Positions 24,681 to 37,650 of a DNA stretch of 64,000 nt are shown here, piece by piece. The DNA is taken from assembly GCA_030704615.1 (NCBI GenBank), contig CM060734.1, positions 2,728,001-2,792,000 on the forward strand. Reading direction: 5' to 3'. Source of the stretch: Takakia lepidozioides (Eukaryota > Plantae > Bryophyta). How positions within the stretch are numbered: the first letter of the stretch is position 1; every line of letters begins with the position of its first letter. The notes beneath the pieces are model-generated. The model was given only the letters and a program-made list of their open reading frames with translations, did no database searches and was not told the origin of the DNA. Position numbers and translations under genes: made by a program.

Positions 24681-25371
24681 CAGTGTTGGACTGATATCAC
24701 GAAAATATGATACCAGACTGGTCCTAGTATCACAAGGGCCCACATTTCCCAGTACTGTTATGACCCTGGTATTGGGGTAAGGGGGCCGGGTAGGGTATAT
24801 GAGGGATAAATAACATAAAATTGTGGATGTATATTAGTAGGGTATCAATATTTTTTTTTCCCCATCTCATGTGGGGGGGAATATGAATATGCCCGGTATG
24901 TATATGAAATATTTAGTAGATTCAAGAAAATATTCAAAACCTGAGAAAAGAATTGACCTTTACAATGGATCACAATTACAACACAATGCACATACCAAAT
25001 ACATTGCTCATACACATTGTACATTGCTAAAATATAACATACCGTACATATATTTTTGCACATTGCACATGAGTATAAAAGTAGATGCCATAAATGCCAA
25101 AATGCCCTTGAATTCCCTTGCCCTAACTCCACATATACCTAATGTGCCCTTGGAGGCTCACATAGCAGCAATACTGGTATCAATACCAATCTTGTCCACT
25201 TGCTATACCAGACAGTATGGTATATACCATAGTATAGAGCAAGGTATATTCTTGCCCCTAGTGTGGTATTGCCGGGGATTGGCCCCCTACCTACCACCCG
25301 GGTATGTATTAGCTACCCGGGTTGATATCAGTATTGATACCCGGGTGGACCTATATACCGGTCCAACACTG
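24681..25371. mobile_element. Non-autonomous hAT element (691 bp)
   Basis: 11-bp TIR CAGTGTTGGAC...GTCCAACACTG with a perfect 8-bp TSD GTTCACAC (24673-24680 and 25372-25379). Confidence 0.92.
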
Positions 25372-25979
25372 GTTCACACATGGTCGCTGGAAAATTGTGG
25401 AAAATAGCAAAGTGGGCCTTCTTGGAACAATGAATGGATATATTAATAAAAAAATTCATGAAAAAATCAATTGAATTTTTCAATAGTTGATTTCTTTGTT
25501 TTCAATTTTTTTTTCAACTCTTTACGCATGAAGTCGACTTTCCGAGGACAATGATTGGATATCTGTATAGTAGGGGGGCACCGGCTTCTTCCAATGATTT
25601 TTGGAATTGCAGGGTGGGAGATATGGAATTTCAAGTACTTTTGGTCCCTGCAAATTCCGGGAAAATAGCTTTCCTGCAACAATGAATGGATATATCATGG
25701 AAAAAAATAAATTGGTTTTTCCAATATATGAAGCAAATAGTTTATTCGTTTGTTTTCAAGTGTTTTTTTTTTCAACTCTTCACACATGAAGTGGATTTTC
25801 CTCGGACAATGATTGGATATCTAAATAGATCGGATAATCTTGGGAGTAGGCAGGATCGGTTGATATCATTGTTTACAAGAACGCTTTCTCTTATTTCCGC
25901 CAGGGTATCCTTACAGATGACTTCAGGTGTATTGTTTGGAGATTCGGATGCGTTCCGTGGGGACTCTACAGTCACATTT

Positions 25980-26078
25980 TGTCACGCACCTCACTTCGGT
26001 AAGCTCCCCCCTCAAGTCATAGTTACTCGCTTGATGCGCGCGCCTAACTCCCAACCTGGCCGCGGGCCCAACTTGGAA
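25980..26078 (-). mobile_element. Inverted fragment of the gypsy-1 LTR 3' end
   Basis: Reverse complement of ~5780-5878. Confidence 0.85.
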
Positions 26079-28833
26079 CGAATTTCGATTATTACACTGG
26101 GACGTATCGGAGGGTACATTGAAACACCGGCCCAAGCTTCGAAGCGAACGAAAAATCATTTGGATGGGCAAACCATCCGTTGGCCCGTTGAACGAAATTC
26201 GATTGATCTCATATTACTCTGGGGCGTCTTACATGGCACATTGAACATAGTGGCCAAGTCTCAAAGCCAACCAAAATCATTTCCATGGCCAACCATCCGT
26301 TGAGCCATCGAATGAATTTCGATTGATCTCTGTTTCCTTTCTGCCTCTGCTTTGTATTGCATGTTGTACAACGATAACAAGCGTGAGACCTGCGATTCAC
26401 CTGGGGTTCCGCATCGTCTCTAACTTAACTGTTTCTGATTGCGTGTGATGGGACCAGGCGAGGGTCCTCGCTTAACATGGATTTTAAAGCTTGAAGTTGA
26501 TTGGAATCGAGTTGAAGAAGCGACGCCATCTGTATCTTGGGGGGAGAACGAACGATCCTTTCTTCCTCTTCCTTTGATCTTGATGGCTCTATGTTTAACC
26601 TAGTTGGTGGGACAATCAATCATTAGGGCGACTACTCTCGTTCCACTATGGCATACTGATGTGACGATGGAGCAATGATATGACAAGCTGACGTGCGTGC
26701 CAAATTTTGGGAGCGATCAAAATTCATTTGGACCCAAAACCACAGTTTCTTCCCGTTGCACTCCAAACTTGATTTGTGTTCTACTTCGTGCACTTTAATG
26801 GAGAGTTCTGCAATAGTGAACGAAGAGAACACCCTTTTTTGGGGGCATTTTGATTGGTCCGAATTCCGGGGGGGAGTAGCGGTGGGATGCTGGAAGCCGC
26901 TGAACAAAATTGAGCCGAAAACGAAATCGATACGTGCCAGAAACCCCCAATGAAAGGCAGTGCAAACCTATTTACTGGCTTAAAATAAATTTAAATTCAA
27001 TTAAATTGTGGAATGGCTCGAGGGAGGAGCGCGTCGATTGGGAGGCAATGATTTATTCGTCTGTTGTGTCTCCGCGCATGTTGCGAGCACATGCGGGCAA
27101 AAGAGGGGCTTCAACACACATCCGTTCATGGGTGCAATAGTCGTGCACGCATTGCAGGATTTCTTTTTTCGCATTGAACAAAAACCAGAGACAAGTGAAC
27201 GCTCGTTGGACAATCGAACGCATTTCGATTTTACACCTGGGACGTATCGGAGGGTACATGAACACACCGGCCAAGCTTCGAAGCGAACGAAAAATCATTG
27301 GATGGGCAACCATCCGTTGGCCCGTTGAACGACATTTCGATTGATCTCATATTACTTGGGTCTTACATGGCACATTGAACATAGTGGCCAAGTCTCAAAG
27401 CCAACCAAAATCATTTCCATGGCCAACCATCCGTTGAGCCATCGAATGAATTTCGATTGATCTCTGTTTTCCTTTTCTGCCTCTGCTCTGTATTGCATGT
27501 TGGTACAAACGATAACAAGCGGTGAGACCTGCGATTCACCTGGGGTGTCCGCATCGTCTCTAACTTAACTGTTTCTGATTGCGTGTGATGGGACCAGGCG
27601 AGGGTTCCTCGCTTAACATGGATTGTAAAAGCTTGAAGTTGATTGGAATCGAGTTGAAGAAGCGACGCCATCTGTATCTTTGGGGGAGAACGATCCTTTC
27701 TTCCTCTTCCTTTGATCTGATGGCTCCTATGTTTAACCTAGTATGGTGGACAAATCAATCATTAGGGCGACTATCTCTCGTTTCCCTATGGATATGATTG
27801 TGACGATGGAGCATGATATGACAAACTGACGTGCGTGCCAAATTTGGGACGCGATCAAAATTCATTTGGACCCGAAAACCACAGTTTCTTCCTTTGTTTT
27901 GCACTCCAAACTTGATTTGTGTTCTACTTCGTGCACTCTTAGGAGAGTTTCTGCAATAGTGAACGAAGAGAACACCCTTTTTTGGGGCATTTTGATTGGT
28001 CAGATCCGGGAAGGGAGAAGGGCGGCGGAGTAGCGGTGGTATGATGGAAGCCGCTGAACAAAATTGAGCGAAAACGAAATCGATACGTGCCAGAAAACCC
28101 AATGAAAGGCAGTGCAAACCTATTTACTGGCTTAAATAAATTTAAATTCAATTAAATTGTGGAATGGCTCGAGGGAGGAGCGCGTCGATGGGAGGCAAAT
28201 GATTTATTCGTCTGTTGTGTCTCCGCGCATGTTCGAGCACATGCGGGCAAAAGAGGGGGCTTTCAACCCAATCCGTTCAATGGGTGCAATAGGGTGCACG
28301 CATTGCAGGATTTCTTTTTTCGCATTGAACAAAAACCAGATGACAAGTGAACGCCGTTGGACAATCGAACGAATTTCGATTATTACACTGGGAGTAGCGG
28401 AGAGGGGAGGGTACATGAACACACCGGCCAAGCTTCGAAGCGAACGAAAAATCATTTGGATGGGCAACCATCCGTTGGCCCGTTGAACGAATTTCGATTG
28501 ATCTCATATTATTGGGGCCGGTCTTACATGGCACATTGAACATAGTGGCCAAGTCTCAAAGCCAACCAAAATATTTCCATGGCCAACCATCCGTTGAGCC
28601 ATCGAATGAATTTCGATTGATCTCTGTTCCTTTCTGGCTCTGCTTTGTATTGCATGTTGTACAACGATAACAAGCGTGAGACCTGCGATTCACATGGGGT
28701 TCCGCATCGTCTCTAACTTAACTGTTTCTGATTGCGTTGTGATGGGACCAGGCGAGGGTCCTCGCTTAACATGGATTTTAAAGCTTGAAGTTGATTGGAA
28801 TCGAGTGAAGAAGCGACGCCATCTGTATCTTTG
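26079..28833. repeat. ~1.14-kb tandem repeat (2.4 copies, runs into the gap); partial copy at ~32050-32860
   Basis: Unit starts at ~26079, ~27218 and ~28369; the copies differ mostly by small indels. Confidence 0.92.
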
Positions 28834-29333
28834 NNNNNNNNNNNNNNNNNNNNNNNNNNNNNNNNNNNNNNNNNNNNNNNNNNNNNNNNNNNNNNNNNNN
28901 NNNNNNNNNNNNNNNNNNNNNNNNNNNNNNNNNNNNNNNNNNNNNNNNNNNNNNNNNNNNNNNNNNNNNNNNNNNNNNNNNNNNNNNNNNNNNNNNNNNN
29001 NNNNNNNNNNNNNNNNNNNNNNNNNNNNNNNNNNNNNNNNNNNNNNNNNNNNNNNNNNNNNNNNNNNNNNNNNNNNNNNNNNNNNNNNNNNNNNNNNNNN
29101 NNNNNNNNNNNNNNNNNNNNNNNNNNNNNNNNNNNNNNNNNNNNNNNNNNNNNNNNNNNNNNNNNNNNNNNNNNNNNNNNNNNNNNNNNNNNNNNNNNNN
29201 NNNNNNNNNNNNNNNNNNNNNNNNNNNNNNNNNNNNNNNNNNNNNNNNNNNNNNNNNNNNNNNNNNNNNNNNNNNNNNNNNNNNNNNNNNNNNNNNNNNN
29301 NNNNNNNNNNNNNNNNNNNNNNNNNNNNNNNNN
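28834..29333. other. Assembly gap (500 N)
   Basis: Run of n. Confidence 1.
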
Positions 29334-29852
29334 TACTGGCATGAGGCAAGTACCATGTTGAAGGAATTAATTGCCTTCCAAGTTGTACATGGATTCATTT
29401 ATACCAAGACCAAGGAGGTAGCAAGTATTGTCATGGGCTGTGGGTTATACTACGCTGCTTGTTTTTCTGGTACGTTATCACATTGAGCAGCACAAGATGC
29501 AATCGCGCTTTCTGAGTATTCCAGTGTGGAAATCATTGGGTCTTACTTCAGTGCCACCTCATATGTACCTATATGAGGCAAAGTTATGATGCAAAAGGAT
29601 TCTCAAATTCGTTCATGGTTTCATGCGGCCTGGACAATTTGTCAACAACAGAAATTGGCCCTGACGATATTTTTCTTTAAGGGACATGAGGGATGGAAAT
29701 ACTTGCACAATTCACAAGTCATTGGTACCCCACTCTTCACCAATTTTGCCATTCAGCCTTTACAGCAAGTTTTACAGAAAGTTTTAAAATTTAAACTTCC
29801 AGACATGGTAGGACAACATGTATGCCCAGAGGATTACACAAAAAGTCGATAG
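29334..29852 (+). pseudogene. C-terminal part of the unknown accessory ORF upstream of the PPT and 3' LTR
   Basis: One frame (two internal TGA) continues the 4874-5152 protein to ...CPEDYTKSR*. Confidence 0.6.
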
Positions 29853-30167
29853 TTAAAACACCTGAGAGGCGATGAGGATTCTGGGTACAAATGTTTCTTC
29901 AGCGGACTCTTTTGACAGGGAGAAGACTATGCAATTCAGAGATGGCAGAGAAGAAGTGCACGGGGGGTCTCCTATGCCTGAAAGATTACCTCGATATCAG
30001 CTCCAGAGGGCCTCACCTATCCAGGTAGTGTTCAATCATCTCCGCCAACCAGTGACAGACCTCGGGCTCGTACACAGAGTCCTTCAAGAAAGTCTCAACG
30101 TCAGAAAGGTGCTCGCTCACAAAGGTTTGCTAATCCCAATTAGTAAACCGTGAGGACACGGTTTTTT

Positions 30168-30180
30168 GAGAGAGGAAGGG
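30168..30180 (+). promoter_or_regulatory. Polypurine tract
   Basis: GAGAGAGGAAGGG follows a T-run and directly precedes TGTAA. Confidence 0.75.
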
Positions 30181-31174
30181 TGTAATGTTAGAGGACTGTC
30201 TGGACTTAGACACTTATACGGGATATGTGGGGTGGTACCCTTAATTTTTGCACAGACTGAGACCAATAGGAGCATTAGGGGTGACAGCAGCGCACTTTAG
30301 AGGGGGGTTACACAGCCGTCACCCAACAACAGCTCGTCACAGCCCAACACAGCCCCATCACAGCCAACAAAGCCCGTCACAGTCCGAACAGCCGACACAG
30401 CCAGATACAGCCAACGCAGCTCGTCACAGTCCGACACAGCCAGTCACAGCCAACACAGCCGTCACAGCCAGTCCACAGCTTGACACAGCTGTCACGACCA
30501 TAGGGAACGGATAGCAGGTTAGGGAATGACTGTGGGAAAAAAATCTGCGAATGGAACATGTTAGTACACGGATGACGGTTAGTGAGGGAAACGGTTAGAA
30601 CAACGGGTAGGAAGATAAAGCCAGGAGCGAGGACGGGAGAAGAGCACTTCTTGGGGAATTCTGGGAGAAGGGGGGGGGAGATCACTGGGAGAGGGGACTT
30701 CGGACATCACGGGAGGAAAGGAGGAGGAGAGAGCGCATCTCTGAGCGGAAGGATGGAGAGCACAGAGTAGGAGGAGGGCGATCTGTTGATGCTTAATGAA
30801 TGCAAGCAGTAGAGTTGTAATGTAGAGCAGATTAGAGACTCCATGGCTTCAGCCTGATACTCGATAGATATTAATCTGATACATACTTCATACTCACACT
30901 GTGTAGAGAGATCTGAGTGAAGTTGTGGAATAAATGGATGAGTTGATGGAATCCGATAGATTGCTGAAGCAAACTGATACTTATTACCAACAGTAAGGTA
31001 ACTAGCTAACATGAATGCGGGAAGGAAAACAAATATGAAACACCCCATGAGACACTAGCTGTAGGTCATGACTGATTGTTCTGAGCGGGCGGAGTACTTA
31101 GAGATTTCAACTCTTCTATCTTGGAGTTTCCGCCTCGGATAGCGAAGGGATGGGTGAGTAAAAGCCGCGTGACA
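30181..31174 (+). mobile_element. 3' LTR (994 bp), gypsy-2 family, with internal ~10-bp ACAGCC minisatellite (30310-30497)
   Basis: TG...CA ends, PPT upstream, and homology to 17140-17806 ending at the same CA. Confidence 0.85.
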
Positions 31175-33044
31175 GGGCACAGGTGAGGGCTTCCACTTAA
31201 TATTATGATGTCTAGGTGCTGCTGGATGCCAAGTGGGATTGCAGAGCAGGGGAAGAAATCGTTTGCCAAGCATACTTACTAAAACCCCATGGGTATCATG
31301 GAGGGTTTTCTTAAAAAAGAAAGGAACACTTGGATATCACAGATTTAAATACCTTGCCTTGCGAGATTTGTTTAGACTGGGTGTAGTACACAGCTGCCCC
31401 CACAGGGGAGTGGATATGTCTGGTAAGTTTTCCAGAACACCCCTATACCTTTATTTCTTGCTACAGCTGAAAATCAAAGCTCATGACAAAGCAAGGTAAA
31501 TATAAAGGACTGCAACACATCCTGTGACAGTATATGGTACTGTCAGTACACCCTTCACATCATTCCCAATTTGACCATGTCATTACACCATGTCCAGAGG
31601 GGTATTTCCTTGACCACCCTGGCTGCCTCAAAAACCAGTTACCATTTATATTATTGCCATATTTCAGTGTCAGCCGAAATAGCCACAAGCAGAAACTTCA
31701 CCATACCCTAGCCTAAGCATCTAGCTAACAAAGCTATATGGGTTGGAACATAACAGGGACCTTTTACCAACAGAGGTACCCGAGTAGCTGCAGCAAACAG
31801 TTCCTGACAGCCTCTCGATTTGTTTCCAACTACCATAAGGTAAGCAAAGCAAACTAGGGCCTGGAAAATAGATGTGTGTCTCTCACACAAGCCATCATAA
31901 ACCCGGCTGTCACATCATAGCAGAGGTTTTCCACTGGCTGGGCCGAACTAGCCCATGGTAGAAAGCATTACACTTGTTCTTCAAAAATCAAGGAAGGAAA
32001 GAGGCAGGATCAAGAAAAACCATAGAGTAGTTTAGTTTTTCAACATTTTAGGATATAATGTAGCCATATGCAATGTGCGTGCCAAATTTGGGAGCGATCA
32101 AAATTCATTTACGAATTTCGATTGATCTCATATTACTTTGGGGCCTCTTACATGGCACATTGAACATAGTGGCCAAGTCTCAAAGCGAACCAAAATCATT
32201 TCGATGGCCAACCATCCGTTGAGCCATCGAATGAATTTTTGATTGATCTGATATTAGTCTGGGACCTGTGAGAGGGTGTCTGGAACGTGCTGGCAAAGTT
32301 TGGAAGCTAACAAAAATGATTTGGATGGGCAACCATCCGTTCACCCGTTGAATGTATTTGGTGGAGCAACTATTGCTTTGGGACCTGTTGGACTGTGTTT
32401 CGCGTGCTCACGATTTGTTTTCATTCCGTTTTTGAATGAGGCGTGTAATGTAGCCATATGCAATGTGCGTGCCAAATTTGGGAGCGATCAAAATTTCATT
32501 TGGACCCAAAACCACAGTTTCTTCCCTGTTTTGTTTCTTCCCTGTTTTGCACTCCAAACTTGATTTGTGTTCTACTTCATGCACTCTTTATAGAGAGTTC
32601 TGCAATAGTGAGCGAAAGAGAACACCTTTTTTGGGGGGGCATTTTTGATTGGTCCAAATTTTGGCAGGGGAGTAGCCGTGGGATGCTGGAAGCCGCAGAA
32701 CAAAATTGAGCCAAAAACAAAATCGATACGTGCCAGAAACCCCCACTGAAAGGCAGTGCAAACCTATTTATTGGCTTAAAATAAATTTAAATTCAATTAA
32801 AAATGTGGAATGGCTTGAGGGGGGAGCGCGTCGATGGGGCGGCAAATGATTTATTCAAGTCTTACTACCAGCGTCAGCCCCTGACAGAGGCAGGTTCTGT
32901 CCCTTTTCTTTCCGCTCAAACTAGGCGCGGGGTCAATGGCCACAAGGCTACGGCAAACAACGTCTTATGAGTACAATCTTTTAACTTTTTCTGCACCCTC
33001 TCTCCCTTGTGGTTTGTTACTTTGTGAACAGCAAAAAAAAGAGG

Positions 33045-33046
<2 letters not shown>

Positions 33047-33105
<59 letters not shown>

Positions 33106-33123
33106 GGACAGAGAGAGGGAGAG
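33047..33123. repeat. (GA)n microsatellite
   Basis: Seen directly. Confidence 0.95.
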
Positions 33124-33347
33124 ATCAGGAAACCAAAAAAATAAAAATGGGGGGGGGTGACTGAGCCCATGGTGCTCAGCAGCTGCTGGTGGTGCTCAGT
33201 CACTTCCCCCCCCACCTTTTCTTTTCTTTGTTGCCCCCTCTTGAGACCCCGAGCACTTGCAGCTCTCAGCCCCCGACATGCTTGGTTTTTTCTGTTTTTG
33301 ATCTGGAATGTTCATAATGAGGCCAACTTTGTGGGTTTGCATGACAG

Positions 33348-35585
33348 ATGCTAGCTTATGGGGAAAGAGAAGAAGTCCCCTGCCCCAAAGAAAGGGGCGG
33401 ACAATCCGTTTGCTCTTCCGACACGTGTGACGCGCCAGGGCGTCTCACGACTAACCAACCCCGTCGACAACCGCAGCCGGAGGGCTCGTCTGCCCCCCCA
33501 GGCCAGTACCCCCCCTCTTGTCCACATCTTGGATACGCCAGGGCCGGCTCAGCCAGCTCTCCTATTCGGGAGGTTGTTGCTGAGCCGGATGCTCAGTTGA
33601 GCACACCCCCGGCCACCAAGACGGGTGAAATGTACCTTGGCAAGCACATCACCCGTTCGGGGGCCCGTTATGGGCACCTTTTGGATGTCACCCCCATAGC
33701 GACCCCTTCCTCCGCAGCAAAGGCTGCACTTGCCAAGGCCCAACGTCAGGTTCAAGGGCCTTTGAAAGCCTCCATTGCCATCCCATTGTTGTCGATGAGG
33801 GAGGAGGAGACGAGGAGGGCCAATGATGTGGCCAAGATAGCGAAGCGCCTCGAAGAAGTCAAGCCGGGTGAGGGCTTCTACCCTGATACGCATTGGAGGG
33901 GGGGGAGAGGAGAGAGGAGTATGGGCCGGTTCGGAGTAGCCTAGCCGATCAGCGACACCGCCCCCTAAGCCTGAGCGGTCAGCAAAGAAGGGCCTGGACC
34001 ACGGGGCGCCGCCGCCGGCTATGCTCCACATCTGGAATCTACTTCCAGTGGCGCTCCGGGAGGGGATAAAGCGGGCACATCCGGAAACGGGGACTCCTCC
34101 CACATCGAGTGACACCAGGGGCAAGTTGGACAAGCTTGCAAAGGTACAACTGTCGCACCTTGTTCCATGATTTATCATTTCCTTTGCACGCATGATTTTC
34201 TTTGTTGTTTGTTTCTTTTTTTGAATTTGGAGGGGGTTATTTGTCTTCAGGAGGCAGCAACATGGCTGGCCTCATTGGTGCAGTCCAGTGGGGTTGCCAA
34301 TGAGGGAGAGCACGTGGTGTTCATGAAGGACCCGAACACCAAAGGTAAGAAGAAGAGGCCTCGATCTCCCGAGATCCCTTTTACCATCAATGAAGGGGCT
34401 GCGAGGAGAGGAGAGAGAGAGAAGGGAGAGGGAGAAGGAGAGAGAGGAAGTAGCGGGGAAGGGGAAGGAGATGGTCGTGGAGAAGGGGAAGGAAAAGAAG
34501 TCCTATGGAGAGGAAGGGGTGAGTGTGCATGCGGGGGAGGGCAGTGGGGTAACAAAGGAGCAGGGGAAGGAGGCTACAAAGAAGGGAGAGGGTGGGATGG
34601 CCTTGGCGATACAGGACGTGGAGTTGGCAAAGATCGTGGTGCCACCGGTGGAGGTGAATCGCCATGGTGACCCCTGCGGTGCGATCTGGGAGGCTATGAC
34701 GAAGCCAGCCTTCGAACTCGCATTGAGGTGGTTCTCTTTGCACATCAAGTGGGCTGATCAGCACTTTGGCGTGAAGCGGGCGTATGCCCGTGAGTTAGAC
34801 TGCCGGTTTCTGGGCAATTGGAGTGACACAAGGGTGATGGAGATGGTGGGGCGAAACTTGAAGGATAGGAGGTACCGTACCAGACAGATCATTCGGAGGG
34901 CAATGGAAAAGGGGGCCATACCCAAACCACCTTATGGAATTACACAGGTTGGCAAATCCTGAATCATGTCATCTTCCATTTGTCGCATGTGCATTAATGA
35001 GGTGGATTCGATGCAAATTATGTGTGTAATTCACTAATTGTTGGGGGGGGGGGGGTGCATAGGTATCGTGGGATGCACTCATTGCGGGAGAGACTGATGC
35101 CGCAAACAAGGCCAAATTTGACCGGGCACGTGAAGCAACAACAGTCCACCTTGACAAGCACGAATCCACACACAAGTGGGGCGCCGGCGGATCCAAGGGT
35201 TTTATCTTGCGATTTGTAAGTCATACTTCCCTATGGATTTTGTTATGTCTTCTTTCTGGCTCCATCATCGCGAAGAACTGACTTAAATTTGTGGCATGTG
35301 TAGCAACGCGCGTTTGAGAGGAAGCCATCTTCGGTAGAGTACAACTACGCCAAGGAGCATGGTTGGCAATCCCTCATGAAGAACATGGCCAACACAGAGG
35401 GGATGAGTGCACTACAGGGCACTAGTATGGATGAGGTCGAGGGTCATGCCCAGGGATTGGATGAGAGCTCTGTGGGACTTAGCGGAACACCGCCTAATTT
35501 ACGTACTCTGGCAAAGGGCACGGAGTCATCAGGCTCATCGGATAGCTCTGAGTCCTCCACTGAGGATGAGGATGAGGATGACTAG
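33348..35585 (+). pseudogene. Intron-containing CACTA TnpA-like (Ptta/En/Spm) ORF, degenerate
   Basis: GDPCGAIW...LKDRRYRTR...PPYGITQ / VSWDALI...KAKFDRAR...THKWGAGGSKGF with GT-AG introns, lying inside a CACTA end. An inverted copy of its 5' end is at ~47190-47530. Confidence 0.55.
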
Positions 35586-35849
35586 TCCTAGTCCATGTAG
35601 GTCCTAGGGTCAGTCTACTGAACCCTTGCGAGCTGTTCAGCTCATTTCTTGTAAATATATTTCCATCTTTCCATCTTCCATCTTATTCATGTGTCGCACC
35701 GTCCTCACCCTCGATTCATGCTTGCTCAATTGTATACCTGCTAACTCAGAGAAATGGAACTGTAAGTTCTCCCATCCCCAAATACAAAACCAAGAAAAAA
35801 CAAAAAACCACCCCCAATTCACCCCCAAAATGAACCCCCCAACCCCCCT

Positions 35850-36506
35850 TGCCCTCGCGACTGCAACACGTCGCCAATGGCGACGTGATTTTTGGGCGGG
35901 GGTCGCAAGCAGCGACGGTCGGGCGTCGCAAACCCCATTTGCGGGCGGCAACGCCCGACACCCCCTACGACATGTTTTTTAGTCCGGGGGTCGCAAGCCG
36001 CGACGCCCTAGCGTCGCGGAGACGCCACCCTGCCTGCGCCACGTTTTTTTTTTAATATTAAATTTAAAACAAAAGCGACGCCGGAACGTCGCAACAACCC
36101 ACGCCCGGGCGTGGCGGAGACCGTCTCCTGCTGTTTTGTGCCACGCCCAATAGTCGCTTGGCGTACCACCTGGCTGACTCCCGGGCAGGTTAGAAAAAAA
36201 GGGGGGATGCGACGCCTCGCCGGCGCCCCCACCAACGCCGTCGGCTGGAGGGCCGCGACGGCGAGACGTCGCTCGAAGAGGCTCCTGCCATCGGCGCAGA
36301 CGGCCTGAAAAACCGACGTCCGGCAGTCACGGGAGTTGGGGCGGGGGCTCGCGACCCCCATACGTCGCATTTTGGCAACGCCCTTGCGACTGTAGGGCGA
36401 CGGCCGGGCGTCGCAAATTCTGCGCCTCCCGCGTGCCTGAAAAGGGCGTTTTCCCGACACTGCGGCGTGGCGCGGGCGTCGCAAAGGCCCCCCTTTTCCT
36501 GTAGTG
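35850..36506. mobile_element. CACTA terminus with GCGACGCC subterminal repeats
   Basis: Ends TTTTCCTGTAGTG (reverse complement CACTACAGGAAAA) after a dense direct and inverted motif array. Confidence 0.85.
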
Positions 36507-36529
36507 CACGGTTCACCATACGGTATACG

Positions 36530-37650
36530 GGGTGGTAATGTTGTCCTCCAAATGAATGGTGGTCTAGCCGCAGTGGTGCCCTGAACTCGTATTGCCACTT
36601 GTCTTAGTACATGCCGATTCACCGTGTCGTGATGAATGTAGTATGCACTGGCGGTTTCACGCTCCTCATCTGCGGTTTGGTCTTCCTCATTGGAATATAA
36701 GTCATGTATAAGGGCTCTGTCATGTATCCCTTTGTAGCCTTTCAACTTGTTAATATTAATTCGTCCCACGAATTCTTGTTCCAAGGTATGCAAATCAACA
36801 GTTCCATTGTCATGTACCCTTTTGATTTGAAATGGTCCCATCCATGGCATTTTCAATTTTCCTCCCAGTTTGATCTTCTTGATTTTTGGTAACCATAAAA
36901 CAATTTCCCCGTCCTGGAAAGATTTTTCTTTCCCTTCGGATATTCTTTTTCTTCATTGTTCTTGAATTCGTGTCATGTTATCTGCGGCGTCTACCCGAAC
37001 TTCGTCCAGATGAAATAACTCATATTCCCTGACTCGTAGAGATTCCTCTAAACCCCATCGTTCATGAGTTCCGGTTCGTAGTGTGGGTATCATAGGCACC
37101 AGTAACTTGCTAATAATATCTTCTTTGCTGTCAAGTCCGAACTGAAGTATCCTCCTGCAATTCCTTCGTGTAGCTCTTACATCACTGTTTTGGCTTGTTC
37201 TTTGTTCACACATCTTCTCATTATGGATTCAATTCCTCTTTTGTACAGAATCCCCTTGATTACTGTGTATGGCTTGCTTTTCATTGAAAGCTTCCTCCTG
37301 TCGTCTTTGGTGTAGTCTTCAGGAAATTTCCCTGTGTTCATATAGTATTTGATTGGCCATTGCCAATCGTCTTGATCTTGATTCTGAATGTCTTCAGATT
37401 CTTCCTTGGTAACTGTATAAGCTCCAATACTGATATTGGCCAATTCTTGATTGTTTGTTTTTTCGTTTTCCTTGTCATTTTCTTCTTCTGGATCTGGCTC
37501 TTCCTCAATAATAGGTCCTTCATCAAGAGGTTCATCTTCATCTGATGAGTCCTCAACAGTGTCATCCATGAGCTTAAGAGAATCTAGGAGGTCATATTCT
37601 CCTTGAAACACTCCCAGAGCGTCTAGAGGATCTGTCTCGTCATCTTGTGC
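36530..37650 (-). mobile_element. Ty3/gypsy integrase remnant with the catalytic core deleted
   Basis: WQWPIKYYM...ILYKRG...RRCV...HEGIAGGYF is joined directly to the C-terminal part with the GPF motif (WMGPFQIKRVHDNGTVDL). Confidence 0.85.

Noticed and set aside
28676-29398. ORFs spanning X runs
   Set aside because: Artefacts of the N gap.
17140-31174. Single intact LTR element bounded by the two related LTRs
   Set aside because: The LTRs are visibly diverged and separated by a gap and unrelated repeats, and no TSD can be tested.
37542-37550. Hammerhead core CTGATGAG
   Set aside because: It lies in an acidic gypsy coding stretch with no supporting stems or GAAA.
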